From: Octopus vulgaris
Lineage: Eukaryota
DNA: 64,000 nucleotides
Reading direction: 5' to 3'
NCBI GenBank assembly: GCA_951406725.2
Contig: OX597831.1
Span: forward strand, 71,486,001-71,550,000
Part shown: piece by piece, positions 40,863 through 53,951 of the stretch
Numbering within the stretch: the stretch's first letter is position 1
How the letters are laid out: the number at the start of each line of letters is the position of its first letter
Made by a program: the position numbers and the translations under genes
Notes under the pieces: model-generated
The model's database searches: none
What the model was told of the DNA's origin: nothing
The model's input: the letters and a program-made list of their open reading frames with translations, nothing else

Positions 40863-42418
40863 AAATGTAGGCTTATCAACCCAGCCAAGTCAGAACTAGG
40901 GATTATTAGCAAAGAAATTTTAGATAAAATAAATACGAAAATTAAGAGCGATACTAGGCTAGTGCAATGGTCCAATAGTATAGAAGTCGTAGACTGGTTT
41001 AAAGCTATTAAGAATAAGAAAAAAGCGAGGTTTACACAATTCGATATTGTTGATTTTTATGCCTCTATCTCTAAAGAACTGCTAGATAAAGCCCTAATCT
41101 TCGCTAGTGACTTCATAGAAATTAGTACCAATGATAAGGATATAATCTTCCATGCTAGAAAGACATTACTTTTCAGTGAGAATGCAAAGTGGGTAAAAAA
41201 CACCGACACGGAGGGCGCTTTCGATGTGAGCATGGGTTCATATGATGGGGCAGGCATCTGTGATCTAATTGGACTCTTTCTCCTAGATACCTTCAGTAAG
41301 ACATTCCCTAACGTACATTTCGCCATCTACAAAGATGATGCCCTCGCCTTAACAGCTAATACAAATGGACCAGCACAAGATCGTTTTAGGAAGGATATTA
41401 TCCAGTTAATGAAACACTTCGGACTTAGTATAACTATAGACACTAACCTGACGGTTGTCAATTTCTTAGACGTTTCCTTAGATCTTAATAATAATATTTA
41501 TAAGCCTTATAGGAAGCCCAATGATAGACTAAGTTATATTAATGTAGGTTCATGCCATCCCCCTATAGTATTCAAAAATTTAGTTAAAAATATTAGTAAG
41601 AGGATTTCTAGCCTCTCATCTAATGAGGACATCTTCAATAGCGTTGCCCCAGTTTATAATAAAGCTTTAAAAGATAGTGGTTTTAGCGAAAAAATAAAAT
41701 ATACACCTATCACCAGCCCAACAATAAGGAAAAGGAATAATAGAAATAGGAAGGTCATCTGGTTTACGCCCCTTACTCACCCGAGGTGGCCTTCAATATA
41801 GGTAAATATTTCCTAGCACTGATAGATAGACATTTTCCAGTTAACCATGCTTATAGGAAACTCTTCAATAGACACAATTTAAAAATTAGTTTTAGTTCAA
41901 CTACCAATTTTAAAAACATAATCAATCATAACATACAAAAAACACAAGAAGAAAACAGCTGTTCATGCAGGAATAAAGAATTGTGCCCGCTAAATGGAGC
42001 TTGCATGTCCAAGACCATCATATATGAGGCTACCGTAAACTCTATAACCACTAAAGACACCGTTTTGACGAAGAAATACGTGGGCCTGACAGAGGGTAAT
42101 TTCAAGACCAGGTTCAATAACCACACTTTGAGCTTTAGGCACTGGAACAAAAGAAAAGCGACACAATTATCCAATCATATTTGGTCTTTAAGAGATAAAG
42201 GTGTCGATTATAACATACAATGGAAGATTTTGGCCAGATGTAAGCCCTATACTAACGGCAGCGGAAGGTGCGGTTTATGCGACATGGAGAGATGGCTTAT
42301 CTGGAAAAGCAGCTTAGACCCTACCACATGTCTAAATACAAGGACAGAACTTTTCGGATCATGCCCACATGTGACTAAATTTCTGTTACGTTTTTGGTCC
42401 CCTAAAGAAAACGGATAG
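40863..42418 (+). pseudogene. Penelope-type reverse transcriptase + GIY-YIG endonuclease ORF (5'-truncated, one frameshift near 41770)
   Basis: KCRLINPAKSELG, FTQFDIVDFYASI, FDVSMGSYDGA, YKDD, VNFLDV, YKPYRKPND; then CSCR...CPL...IIYEATV...KYVGLTEGNFKTRFNNH...CGLC...LNTRTE. Adding one C in cgccccttac restores WFTPPYSPEVAFNIG. Confidence 0.92.
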
Positions 42419-42608
42419 AACATGCTTTCTGTGTTATGTCCCAAGAAGATTTTATATATTTTTATATATTTTTATATATTTTTTATGTATTTTTATATAA
42501 TTTTTATGACGAAAAATGCGAGCGATGTATAAGTACGCAGGCAAAGCAGAGTTATAACAGAGTAATTTCCCTTCATTTTTAACGGTATTTTTTCATAACG
42601 TTTTCAAA

Positions 42609-42682
42609 TAGCCAGATAACCGAAGAGATGGTGTTGTGGATTTCCACTTCGGCATCTGAAACTCAGAGTTTTATCTTGACTA
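42609..42682 (+). ncRNA. Type I hammerhead-like motif in the Penelope 3' repeat
   Basis: agataa-CCGAAGA-gatg...(gtgg/ccac hairpin)...catc-t-GAAA-ctc(a)gag-TT-ttatct: 6-bp stem I (extendable tag/cta), near-palindromic stem III, U4C core. Confidence 0.58.
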
Positions 42683-42705
42683 CCGAGTAATGTAACATAT
42701 TGTAT

Positions 42706-42739
<34 letters not shown>

Positions 42740-43000
42740 ACCTACCTACCTACCTACCTACCTACATATGTATCAACCTATCTATTTTTCTACCTAAATA
42801 CCTATCAACCTATCTATCTACTTACATACCTATCAACTGTCTATCTGTCTACCTCAGTGTTTCCCGACGTGAGGCATGGAAAAATTGGGGGTGGGACATG
42901 TATTAGCATGGGTCATGAAAATTTTTGCAAGTCACTTGAGTGCCTACTTGTTGATCCCTAAACCTATCTTTGAACATTTAAAGGAAAAAAAAAACATCAT

Positions 43001-43416
43001 GCGCAGGAGTGGCTGTCTGGTAAGTAGCTTGCCAACCAACCATAAGGTTCCAGGTTCAGCCCCACTGCATGGCTTCTTGGGCAAGTGTCTTCTGCTATAG
43101 CCCCGGGCCGACCAATGCCTTGTGAGTGGATTTGTAAGATGGAAACTGAAAGAAGCCTGTCGTATATTTGTATATATATATATATATGTATGTGCGTGTT
43201 TGTGTGTCTGTGTTTGTCCCCCTAGCATTGCTTGACAACCAATGCTGGTGTGTTTACATCCCCGTCACTTCGCGGTTTGGCAAAAGAGACCGATAGAATA
43301 AGTACTGGGCTTACAAAGAATAAGTCCCGGAGTCGATATGCTCGACTAAAGGCGGTGCTCCAGCATGGCCGCAGTCAAATGACTGAAACAAGTAAAAAAG
43401 TAAAAGAGTAAAAGAG
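43001..43416 (+). mobile_element. SINE family A nested in the hAT left arm
   Basis: Full-length match to consensus. Confidence 0.9.
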
Positions 43417-44216
43417 ATGCTTTGCCATTTCGAAGTAACTGGTCAAGAAATCATGATTAGAAATAAAGAATTCAATGTTGAAGATCACGGGGAATTCTCA
43501 AATGAGGATTGGGAACAGCTTCCAAAAAATCTTGAATGTCGAGGCTATGACCAATTCGAGTAAATTTCTATGGGTAAGAAAGAAAAGCCCAGCGAACAAC
43601 GAAACGTTCTAAACATACCCAGTACAGGATTTGATCGTTGTTGACATTTCTAATTATGTCGAACACTTTCTGTAGAGTGCAAGGAAGGGCAATTAGTTTT
43701 CCTCTGTTCGGTTGCTATGGTGAAAAAGATGGTGTTGATGATTAAGAAGGAAGATGACAACATTTACCCTCCCTAGCCAAGCCCTCGTTCTTTAAGTGCC
43801 ACTTGAAAGGGAAGCTGAGTATTGAGAGAAAACTGGTCTCCTTCACTAAACTTAGATGAGTCTCATGTGGATGGTTTTACTCGGAATGTTCGTCGGTAAT
43901 TTTGTATCAGAAAAGAGGCCCTTATCGCTATAATCTAGGGATTTGTGCTGTTCCTAGTTTACTTCGCGCTTCCCTTTTTGTGGAATATAAACATTTCGTA
44001 TATTTTTAAAATCCTTATCTCATTTGTATAATTTAAAACCTTTTTTCACTTAATTTCAACACACCAACCCCACGACACTGTATTAACCCCCCACCAATTC
44101 GCAACCCTTGTGCCTTTATTTCCAAGTGCGATTTTTGTGTCAAACCCTATTCTTTATGTAGCTGGCTTTTGTAATAAACCCATCGTTCAACGCTCTTCTC
44201 ACAAATCAAAGAAATC

Positions 44217-44264
<48 letters not shown>

Positions 44265-44379
44265 GGTGGTGGTGTCATCACCACCGAAAACGTGATCTTT
44301 GTATTCACTTCTGCCACATTTAATCCTAAGTAGGATGAATATAAACAGCGATTTTCTCTGCCTCTCTTACTCTTTTACA

Positions 44380-44447
<68 letters not shown>

Positions 44448-45865
44448 ACCAAAATACGATGAACCACAGTAAGTAAAAATATCAACATTCTCAAAAAGAA
44501 ATTTAAGGCGAAATAGCTTTGGGAGAAATATCAAATTTTTTAAAAAAGATTGTTTGTTGTTCAGAGATGTGAACTGGTCAGTGAGCCTTGCGGTCATTCA
44601 TATCATGATGATGATGTTTGTACATATATATATTCATAATTTAAGTAGTAAATTAATGACCAAGGGTACTCAAGAGGCGAAGTATAAAAAGAAGCTAGGT
44701 CAGATGGCAATTAAAGATATTTGGCTTTTTTGAGGTCTGCAAAAATTCTTCGTTTATAAAATGTGTGGGGAGATGTTTGTCCTTGTTTTCTTTATTTTTG
44801 TGGGTGGGTTTGAAACTCTTTCGACCATATCCTGTTAAACAGGACCATCACCACCATCACCACACTATCACCAATTCCATGGAGGATCTTAAGCAGAACC
44901 CATTCTCTGGCAAGTGTTCGGAGTAGGGACGATAAGAGGTGGGAGGGGTCAACCAGAATATCGTTTTGGTATCTGGAGAACCACAAAAGGATTTGTGAAG
45001 ATCTGGTGGAAACCCTCCTTCTCTTTCACCACAGAGAAACTCAAATACCTTTTGAATTGTCAAAGCCTCCACCATTCTAAAAAAAAGTTCTACTTCTACC
45101 ATTCCAAGATTTCTCTTGGAAGCTCTGGTTCAGAACATGTCATTGCTTTCAGGGCAACTTCCTCACTTAATTCCAGTAGTCACACAAATTCCGAAAACGA
45201 TCAGCAGACTTGGTCTTGCACCTCTAATTTAGCGATACGTAAAACATCCACCTGAACCCGTTCCTGTTCTTCTCATACAAAACCGTTCGTTTTAAAGTTG
45301 GTTTTTAAATATTTCAACTCAGATTTTCTCCAAAATTCTTCGGAGAAACCATTTGTTCAATCCCAAGAAATCAGCTGAGTAAAGACAGACTGACTTTAGT
45401 GAACCTCTTTCTTACTTTGTTTAGCCATTGGGCGGCTGCATGAAGGCCACGAGGCCTAGTGGTCAGGGATGGAAGGCTTACGATCATAGGGCCACAGGTT
45501 CAATTCGTGAACTGTTCAGCAAGACCAATTCCTAATTTCTGTTTACCATATTTGGTGGCTGAAGGAAGGGGTGTAATACCTAGTAGTGTTTATGGACATC
45601 CTTTAACGCGCTTAATTCATCCTTCAAGCCAACCACCAGAGATCGAAACAATGACCCAGTATTCAGCATAGCCACGCTTTATGAGTGATGCCAATAACAG
45701 AGTAGAATACATCACAAATACAGAGTGACGAAGTGCAAGTGTCTCAGTGTTCTGCCGACAATTCTTGACGTAATTCTGGAAGCAGAATCGGCGTAGTTTG
45801 AAGACGCTTGATTATGGATGGCATTCCACCCGACCTTTTAAACAGGTTCCGTCTATCGAATGTGA

Positions 45866-45963
45866 CCAATGAGCGTACCGAGTGAGGTGTTTGTTTCTGT
45901 TTCAATATCTATTTGTCCAGTGTCAAGCATTTATAAAAGCAGCAGTCAGCTCCGCTCACTATT
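45866..45963 (+). promoter_or_regulatory. Putative hAT transposase core promoter (CCAAT, TATA, Inr-like)
   Basis: ccaat 45866, tataaaag 45932, tcactatt 45956, about 100 bp upstream of the transposase ATG at 46065. Confidence 0.45.
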
Positions 45964-46064
45964 GCTGATTGATGCTTCAAATCCCTTTCTTTCTACACTG
46001 AGCAAAAATCGCCATCTCCATTGTTTCATCATTTTTGGGGGATTTGTGTCAGCCCTTTTTTAAA

Positions 46065-46260
46065 ATGAGTAAACAAAGTAAGAAGACTCATCAGTATTCG
46101 GTGGAGTTTTTGAAGTTTGGGTTTATTCCCTATGACCATGATAAGCGTAAACTGCTTTGTCTATTGTGTCATCAGGAAATGAGCAATGAGTCAATGAAGG
46201 CAGACAGGTGAAAAGCGCACTTGAGGACAAGACATCTCAACAGTTCTAATTCACTATTGA
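46065..46260 (+). pseudogene. hAT transposase N-terminus (BED-type zinc finger)
   Basis: MSKQSKKTHQYSVEFLKFGFIP...LCLLCHQEMSNESMKADR*KAHLRTRH resembles Buster-family RQYSxEYLKxGF...CxxC...SNExMKPSRLxxHL. One stop codon. Confidence 0.88.
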
Positions 46261-46566
46261 ACCTTATGGTTGGTTGGCAAGCTACTTACCAGACAGCCAC
46301 TCCTGCGCATGATGTTTTTTTTTTCCTTTAAATGTTCAAAGATAGGTTTAGGGATCAACAAGTAGGCACTCAAGTCACTTTGCAAAAATTTTCATGACCC
46401 ATGCTAATACATGTCCCACCCCCAATTTTTCCATGCCTCACGTCGGGAAACACTGAGGTAGACAGATAGACAGTTGATAGGTATGTAAGTAGATAGATAG
46501 GTTGATAGGTATTTAGGTAGAAAAATAGATAGGTTGATACATATGTAGGTAGGTAGGTAGATATAT
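46259..46566 (-). repeat. Inverted duplication of the hAT left end plus host flank and SINE head (copy of ~42731-43050)
   Basis: Reverse complement of SINE head + TIR + TSD + (CTAC/CTAT) flank. Differs only in CTAC copy number and aagtcactt versus aaagtgactt. Confidence 0.92.
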
Positions 46567-46815
46567 CATCATCATCATCATCATCGTTTAACGTCCGTTT
46601 TCCGCGCTAGCACGGGTTGGACGGTTCGACCGGGGTCTGGGAAGCCAGGGGCCGCTCCAGGCTCCAGTCTGATTCTGGCAGAGTTTCTACGGCTGGATGC
46701 CCTTCCTAACGCCAACCACTCCGTGAGTGGATTGGGTGCTTTTTACGTGCCACCTGCACAGGGGCCGGGGGGTCCGGCATCGGTCACGATCGGTTCGAGC
46801 TTTTAACGTGCCAGG
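46566..46815 (-). mobile_element. RTE LINE 3' UTR fragment with (GAT)n tail
   Basis: Closely matches 23990-24200. Confidence 0.85.
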
Positions 46816-47329
46816 GACACGGGGGCAACGGGATGCGGGGTAGAGTTGAGTTGGGGGGGGTCCAGCTGAGAAAGGTTTCACCAGTGAAAAGAGAGGGAGA
46901 GATAGTAACGGGGTGCAGGTAATATAGGGGAGCACCAGTGGGGAAGGTTGGGGGAGGAGGAACGATGGCAAAGGGTTGGTGAAGGTTCGTAAGAAATATA
47001 AACGTAGGATGTGTATATATATATATGGGTAGGTGTGGGGAAGGTTGGGTGGGTAAGGAGGAACGATGGCAGGAAGGGTTGGTGCAGGTTCGTAAGAAAT
47101 AAAAACGTAGGATATTACGAGGCATGGAGGGGACTGGAAGGAGATAGTAGGATTGAGGCAGTGTCAGATTCAAAACAGGAGGAAGCGTAAGATCAGAGGG
47201 CGGTTGATGAGCTGAGACGCTAGCAGCTTGTCTTTTCTCAGTGAAAGCATATGAGGAGAAGGGGTAGGAAGGGGTGGTGGGGGAGGAGGAGGGAGTATCC
47301 GGTGTAGATGGTGAGAACAGTGTTCACCG

Positions 47330-47730
47330 GTATTGGTGGTATTGGCGGTGGGGGGGGTATTGGTGGGGGGGTGGTATTGGTGGTGGGGGTGGTATTGGTG
47401 GTGGTGGGGGTGGTATTGGTGGTGGGGGTGGGAGGGTGGGGGTGGTATTGGTGGTGGGGGTGGTATTGGTGGTGGGGGTGGTATTGGTGGTGGGGGTGGT
47501 ATTGGTGGTGGGGGTGGTATTGGTGGTGGGGGTGGTCTTGGTGGTGGGGGTGGTATTGGTGGTGGGGGGGGTATTGGTGGTGGGGGTGGTATTGGTGGTG
47601 GGGGTGGTATTGGTGGTGGGGGTGGTATTGGTGGTGGGGGTGGTATTGGTGGTGGGGGTGGTATTGGTGGTGGGGGTGGTATTGGTGGTGGGGGTGGTAT
47701 TGGGGGTGGTATTGGGGGTGGGGGTGGGAG
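47330..47730. repeat. G-rich 18-bp minisatellite (GGTGGTGGGGGTGGTATT)n
   Basis: About 20 near-perfect units; extreme G/C strand skew. Confidence 0.95.
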
Positions 47731-47738
47731 GGCGGGCG

Positions 47739-48193
47739 CACCGCGCAATGGGAGAAGATGAGATTTTTAGGCGGCAGAAAGAAAGACAGGATTTGAGATG
47801 GAATGCTTTGCGATCGTGTGCATAAGTTTCTATGAGTGGAAGTTGGGAAAAGATGGGTTAGAGAATTTAGCGACAGAAAGAAAGACCAAATTTGAGACGA
47901 GATGTTTTTGCGAAGTTTTTGTAAATGAAAGTTTATATGCTTCAGCTAGCATTTGAGACGAAAGACAACGATAACGCCAATATATGGGGAAACAATAATA
48001 ATAAGAAGGCTTGATGGTGATGATGATACTTGCAAAAACAATGAAAAGAAGGAACAGGACTTAGCTGATATTTTTCATCCTGCGTATTGGCTAAGCCTGT
48101 GGAAGCGAGTGAAGGCGAGATATATATACAGAGAGAGAGAGAGACAGTGATAACAGAGGGAGAAACCGACACCACATAGCGAGAGAGAGAGAG

Positions 48194-48230
<37 letters not shown>

Positions 48231-48709
48231 GTGATAACAGAGGGACAAAACGACACCGCGCAATGGGAGAAGATGAGATTTTTAGGCGGCAGAAAGAAAG
48301 ACAGGATTTGAGATGGAATGCTTTGCGATCGTGTGCATAAGTTTCTATGAGTGGAAGTTGGGAAAAGATGGGTTAGAGAATTTAGCGACAGAAAAGAAAG
48401 ACCAAATTTGAGACGAGATGTTTTTGCGAAGTTTTTGTAAATGAAAGTTTATATGCTTCAGCTAGCATTTGAGACGAAAGACAACGATAACGCCAATATA
48501 TGGGGAAACAATAATAATAAGAAGGCTTGATGGTGATGATGATACTTGCAAAAACAATGAAAAGAAGGAACAGGACTTAGCTGATATTTTTCATCCTGCG
48601 TATTGGCTAAGCCTGTGGAAGCGAGTGAAGGCGAGATATATATACAGAGAGAGAGAGAGACAGTGATAACAGAGGGAGAAACCGACACCACATAGCGAGA
48701 GAGAGAGAG

Positions 48710-48744
<35 letters not shown>

Positions 48745-49206
48745 GTGATAACAGAGGGACAAAACGACACCGCGCAATGGGAGAAGATGAGATTTTTAGG
48801 CGGCAGAAAGAAAGACAGGATTTGAGATGGAATGCTTTGCGATCGTGTGCATAAGTTTCTATGAGTGGAAGTTGGGAAAAGATGGGTTAGAGAATTTAGC
48901 GACAGAAAGAAAGACCAAATTTGAGACGAGATGTTTTTGCGAAGTTTTTGTAAATGAAAGTTTATATGCTTCAGCTAGCATTTGAGACGAAAGACAACGA
49001 TAACGCCAATATATGGGGAAACAATAATAATAAGAAGGCTTGATGGTGATGATGATACTTGCAAAAACAATGAAAAGAAGGAACAGGACTTAGCTGATAT
49101 TTTTCATCCTGCGTATTGGCTAAGCCTGTGGAAGCGAGTGAAGGCGAGATATATATACAGAGAGAGAGAGAGACAGTGATAACAGAGGGAGAAACCGACA
49201 CCACAT

Positions 49207-49255
<49 letters not shown>

Positions 49256-50236
49256 GTGATAACAGAGGGACAAAACGACACCGCGCAATGGGAGAAGATG
49301 AGATTTTTAGGCGGCAGAAAGAAAGACAGGATTTGAGATGGAATGCTTTGCGATCGTGTGCATAAGTTTCTATGAGTGGAAGTTGGGAAAAGATGGGTTA
49401 GAGAATTTAGCGACAGAAAAGAAAGACCAAATTTGAGACGAGATGTTTTTGCGAAGTTTTTGTAAATGAAAGTTTATATGCTTCAGCTAGCATTTGAGAC
49501 GAAAGACAACGATAACGCCAATATATGGGGAAACGATAATAATAAGAAGGCTTGATGGTGATGATGATACTTGCAAAAACAATGAAAAGAAGGAACAGGA
49601 CTTAGCTGATATTTTTCATCCTGCGTATTGGCTAAGCCTGTGGAAGCGAGTGAAGGCGAGATATATATACAGAGAGAGAGAGAGACAGTGATAACAGAGG
49701 GAGAAACCGACACCACATAGCGAGAGAGAGAGAGAGCGAGAGAGAGAGAGAGAGACATAGTGATAACAGAGGGACAAAACGACACCGCGCAATGGGAGAA
49801 GATGAGATTTTTAGGCGGCAGAAAGAAAGACAGGATTTGAGATGGAATGCTTTGCGATCGTGTGCATAAGTTTCTATGAGTGGAAGTTGGGAAAAGATGG
49901 GTTAGAGAATTTAGCGACAGAAAGAAAGACCAAATTTGAGACGAGATGTTTTGCGAAGTTTTTGTAAATGAAAGTTTATATGCTTCAGCTAGCATTTGAG
50001 ACGAAAGACAACGATAACGCCAATATATGGGGAAACAATAATAATAAGAAGGCTTGATGGTGATGATGATACTTGCAAAAACAATGAAAAGAAGGAACAG
50101 GACTTAGCTGATATTTTTCATCCTGCGTATTGGCTAAGCCTGTGGAAGCGAGTGAAGGCGAGATATATATACAGAGAGAGAGAGAGACAGTGATAACAGA
50201 GGGAGAAACCGACACCACATAGCGAGAGAGAGAGAG

Positions 50237-50277
<41 letters not shown>

Positions 50278-50739
50278 GTGATAACAGAGGGACAAAACGA
50301 CACCGCGCAATGGGAGAAGATGAGATTTTTAGGCGGCAGAAAGAAAGACAGGATTTGAGATGGAATGCTTTGCGATCGTGTGCATAAGTTTCTATGAGTG
50401 GAAGTTGGGAAAAGATGGGTTAGAGAATTTAGCGACAGAAAGAAAGACCAAATTTGAGACGAGATGTTTTTGCGAAGTTTTTGTAAATGAAAGTTTATAT
50501 GCTTCAGCTAGCATTTGAGACGAAAGACAACGATAACGCCAATATATGGGGAAACAATAATAATAAGAAGGCTTGATGGTGATGATGATACTTGCAAAAA
50601 CAATGAAAAGAAGGAACAGGACTTAGCTGATATTTTTCATCCTGCGTATTGGCTAAGCCTGTGGAAGCGAGTGAAGGCGAGATATATATACAGAGAGAGA
50701 GAGAGACAGTGATAACAGAGGGAGAAACCGACACCACAT

Positions 50740-50786
<47 letters not shown>

Positions 50787-51264
50787 GTGATAACAGTGGG
50801 ACAAAACGACACCGCGCAATGGGAGAAGATGAGATTTTTAGGCGGCAGAAAGAAAGACAGGATTTGAGATGGAATGCTTTGCGATTGTGTGCATAAGTTT
50901 CTATGAGTGGAAGTTGGGAAAAGATGGGTTAGAGAATTTAGCGACAGAAAGAAAGACCAAATTTGAGACGAGATGTTTTTGCGAAGTTTTTGTAAATGAA
51001 AGTTTATATGCTTCAGCTAGCATTTGAGACGAAAGACAACGATAACGCCAATATATGGGGAAACAATAATAATAAGAAGGCTTGATGGTGATGATGATAC
51101 TTGCAAAAACAATGAAAAGAAGGAACAGGACTTAGCTGATATTTTTCATCCTGCGTATTGGCTAAGCCTGTGGAAGCGAGTGAAGGCGAGATATATATAC
51201 AGAGAGAGAGAGAGACAGTGATAACAGAGGGAGAAACCGACACCACATAGCGAGAGAGAGAGAG

Positions 51265-51301
<37 letters not shown>

Positions 51302-51760
51302 GTGATAACAGAGGGACAAAACGACACCGCGCAATGGGAGATGAGATTTTTAGGCGGCAGAAAGAAAGACAGGATTTGAGATGGAATGCTTTGCGATCGT
51401 GTGCATAAGTTTCTATGAGTGGAAGTTGGGAAAAGATGGGTTAGAGAATTTAGCGACAGAAAGAAAGACCAAATTTGAGACGAGATGTTTTTGCGAAGTT
51501 TTTGTAAATGAAAGTTTATATGCTTCAGCTAGCATTTGAGACGAAAGACAACGATAACGCCAATATATGGGGAAACAATAATAATAAGAAGGCTTGATGG
51601 TGATGATGATACTTGCAAAAACAATGAAAAGAAGGAACAGGACTTAGCTGATATTTTTCATCCTGCGTATTGGCTAAGCCTGTGGAAGCGAGTGAAGGCG
51701 AGATATATATACAGAGAGAGAGAGAGACAGTGATAACAGAGGGAGAAACCGACACCACAT

Positions 51761-51807
<47 letters not shown>

Positions 51808-52789
51808 GTGATAACAGAGGGACAAAACGACACCGCGCAATGGGAGAAGATGAGATTTTTAGGCGGCAGAAAGAAAGACAGGATTTGAGATGGAATGCTT
51901 TGCGATCGTGTGCATAAGTTTCTATGAGTGGAAGTTGGGAAAAGATGGGTTAGAGAATTTAGCGACAGAAAAGAAAGACCAAATTTGAGACGAGATGTTT
52001 TTGCGAAGTTTTTGTAAATGAAAGTTTATATGCTTCAGCTAGCATTTGAGACGAAAGACAACGATAACGCCAATATATGGGGAAACGATAATAATAAGAA
52101 GGCTTGATGGTGATGATGATACTTGCAAAAACAATGAAAAGAAGGAACAGGACTTAGCTGATATTTTTCATCCTGCGTATTGGCTAAGCCTGTGGAAGCG
52201 AGTGAAGGCGAGATATATATACAGAGAGAGAGAGAGACAGTGATAACAGAGGGAGAAACCGACACCACATAGCGAGAGAGAGAGAGAGCGAGAGAGAGAG
52301 AGAGAGACATAGTGATAACAGAGGGACAAAACGACACCGCGCAATGGGAGAAGATGAGATTTTTAGGCGGCAGAAAGAAAGACAGGATTTGAGATGGAAT
52401 GCTTTGCGATCGTGTGCATAAGTTTCTATGAGTGGAAGTTGGGAAAAGATGGGTTAGAGAATTTAGCGACAGAAAGAAAGACCAAATTTGAGACGAGATG
52501 TTTTTGCGAAGTTTTTGTAAATGAAAGTTTATATGCTTCAGCTAGCATTTGAGACGAAAGACAACGATAACGCCAATATATGGGGAAACAATAATAATAA
52601 GAAGGCTTGATGGTGATGATGATACTTGCAAAAACAATGAAAAGAAGGAACAGGACTTAGCTGATATTTTTCATCCTGCGTATTGGCTAAGCCTGTGGAA
52701 GCGAGTGAAGGCGAGATATATATACAGAGAGAGAGAGAGACAGTGATAACAGAGGGAGAAACCGACACCACATAGCGAGAGAGAGAGAG

Positions 52790-52828
<39 letters not shown>

Positions 52829-53306
52829 GTGATAACAGAGGGACAAAACGACACCGCGCAATGGGAGAAGATGAGATTTTTAGGCGGCAGAAAGAAAGAC
52901 AGGATTTGAGATGGAATGCTTTGCGATCGTGTGCATAAGTTTCTATGAGTGGAAGTTGGGAAAAGATGGGTTAGAGAATTTAGCGACAGAAAGAAAGACC
53001 AAATTTGAGACGAGATGTTTTTGCGAAGTTTTTGTAAATGAAAGTTTATATGCTTCAGCTAGCATTTGAGACGAAAGACAACGATAACGCCAATATATGG
53101 GGAAACAATAATAATAAGAAGGCTTGATGGTGATGATGATACTTGCAAAAACAATGAAAAGAAGGAACAGGACTTAGCTGATATTTTTCATCCTGCGTAT
53201 TGGCTAAGCCTGTGGAAGCGAGTGAAGGCGAGATATATATACAGAGAGAGAGAGAGACAGTGATAACAGAGGGAGAAACCGACACCACATAGCGAGAGAG
53301 AGAGAG

Positions 53307-53341
<35 letters not shown>

Positions 53342-53817
53342 GTGATAACAGTGGGACAAAACGACACCGCGCAATGGGAGAAGATGAGATTTTTAGGCGG
53401 CAGAAAGAAAGACAGGATTTGAGATGGAATGCTTTGCGATTGTGTGCATAAGTTTCTATGAGTGGAAGTTGGGAAAAGATGGGTTAGAGAATTTAGCGAC
53501 AGAAAGAAAGACCAAATTTGAGACGAGATGTTTTTGCGAAGTTTTTGTAAATGAAAGTTTATATGCTTCAGCTAGCATTTGAGACGAAAGACAACGATAA
53601 CGCCAATATATGGGGAAACAATAATAATAAGAAGGCTTGATGGTGATGATGATACTTGCAAAAACAATGAAAAGAAGGAACAGGACTTAGCTGATATTTT
53701 TCATCCTGCGTATTGGCTAAGCCTGTGGAAGCGAGTGAGCGAGATATATATACAGAGAGAGAGAGAGACAGTGATAACAGAGGGAGAAACCGACACCACA
53801 TAGCGAGAGAGAGAGAG

Positions 53818-53856
<39 letters not shown>

Positions 53857-53951
53857 GTGATAACAGAGGGACAAAACGACACCGCGCAATGGGAGAAGAT
53901 GAGATTTTTAGGCGGCAGAAAGAAAGACAGGATTTGAGATGGAATGCTTTG

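Larger units (their letters stand above)
40063..42710 (+). mobile_element. Penelope-like retroelement, 5'-truncated, with inverted copy of its 3' part
   Basis: RT + GIY-YIG coding region at 40863-42418. 40129-40862 is the reverse complement of 41977-42710. (TA)n on both sides; hammerhead-like motif in the 3' repeat. Confidence 0.93.

Noticed and set aside
45100-45150. SKISLGSSGSEH as the missing next peptidase exon (LGSGSD)
   Set aside because: Motif imperfect, no matching phase-2 acceptor, downstream residues do not fit, and it lies inside a transposon.
47170-47825. Pro-rich / Gly-rich protein ORFs (formin-, extensin- or shell-protein-like)
   Set aside because: All frames are open only because of an 18-bp repeat; no supporting splice sites or flanking domains.
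47953-53803. Repeated 65-aa ORF (MRRKTTITPIYGE...) as a tandem gene family
   Set aside because: TTG start, no domain similarity, runs into (GA)n and is frameshifted in the last unit; a by-product of the satellite.
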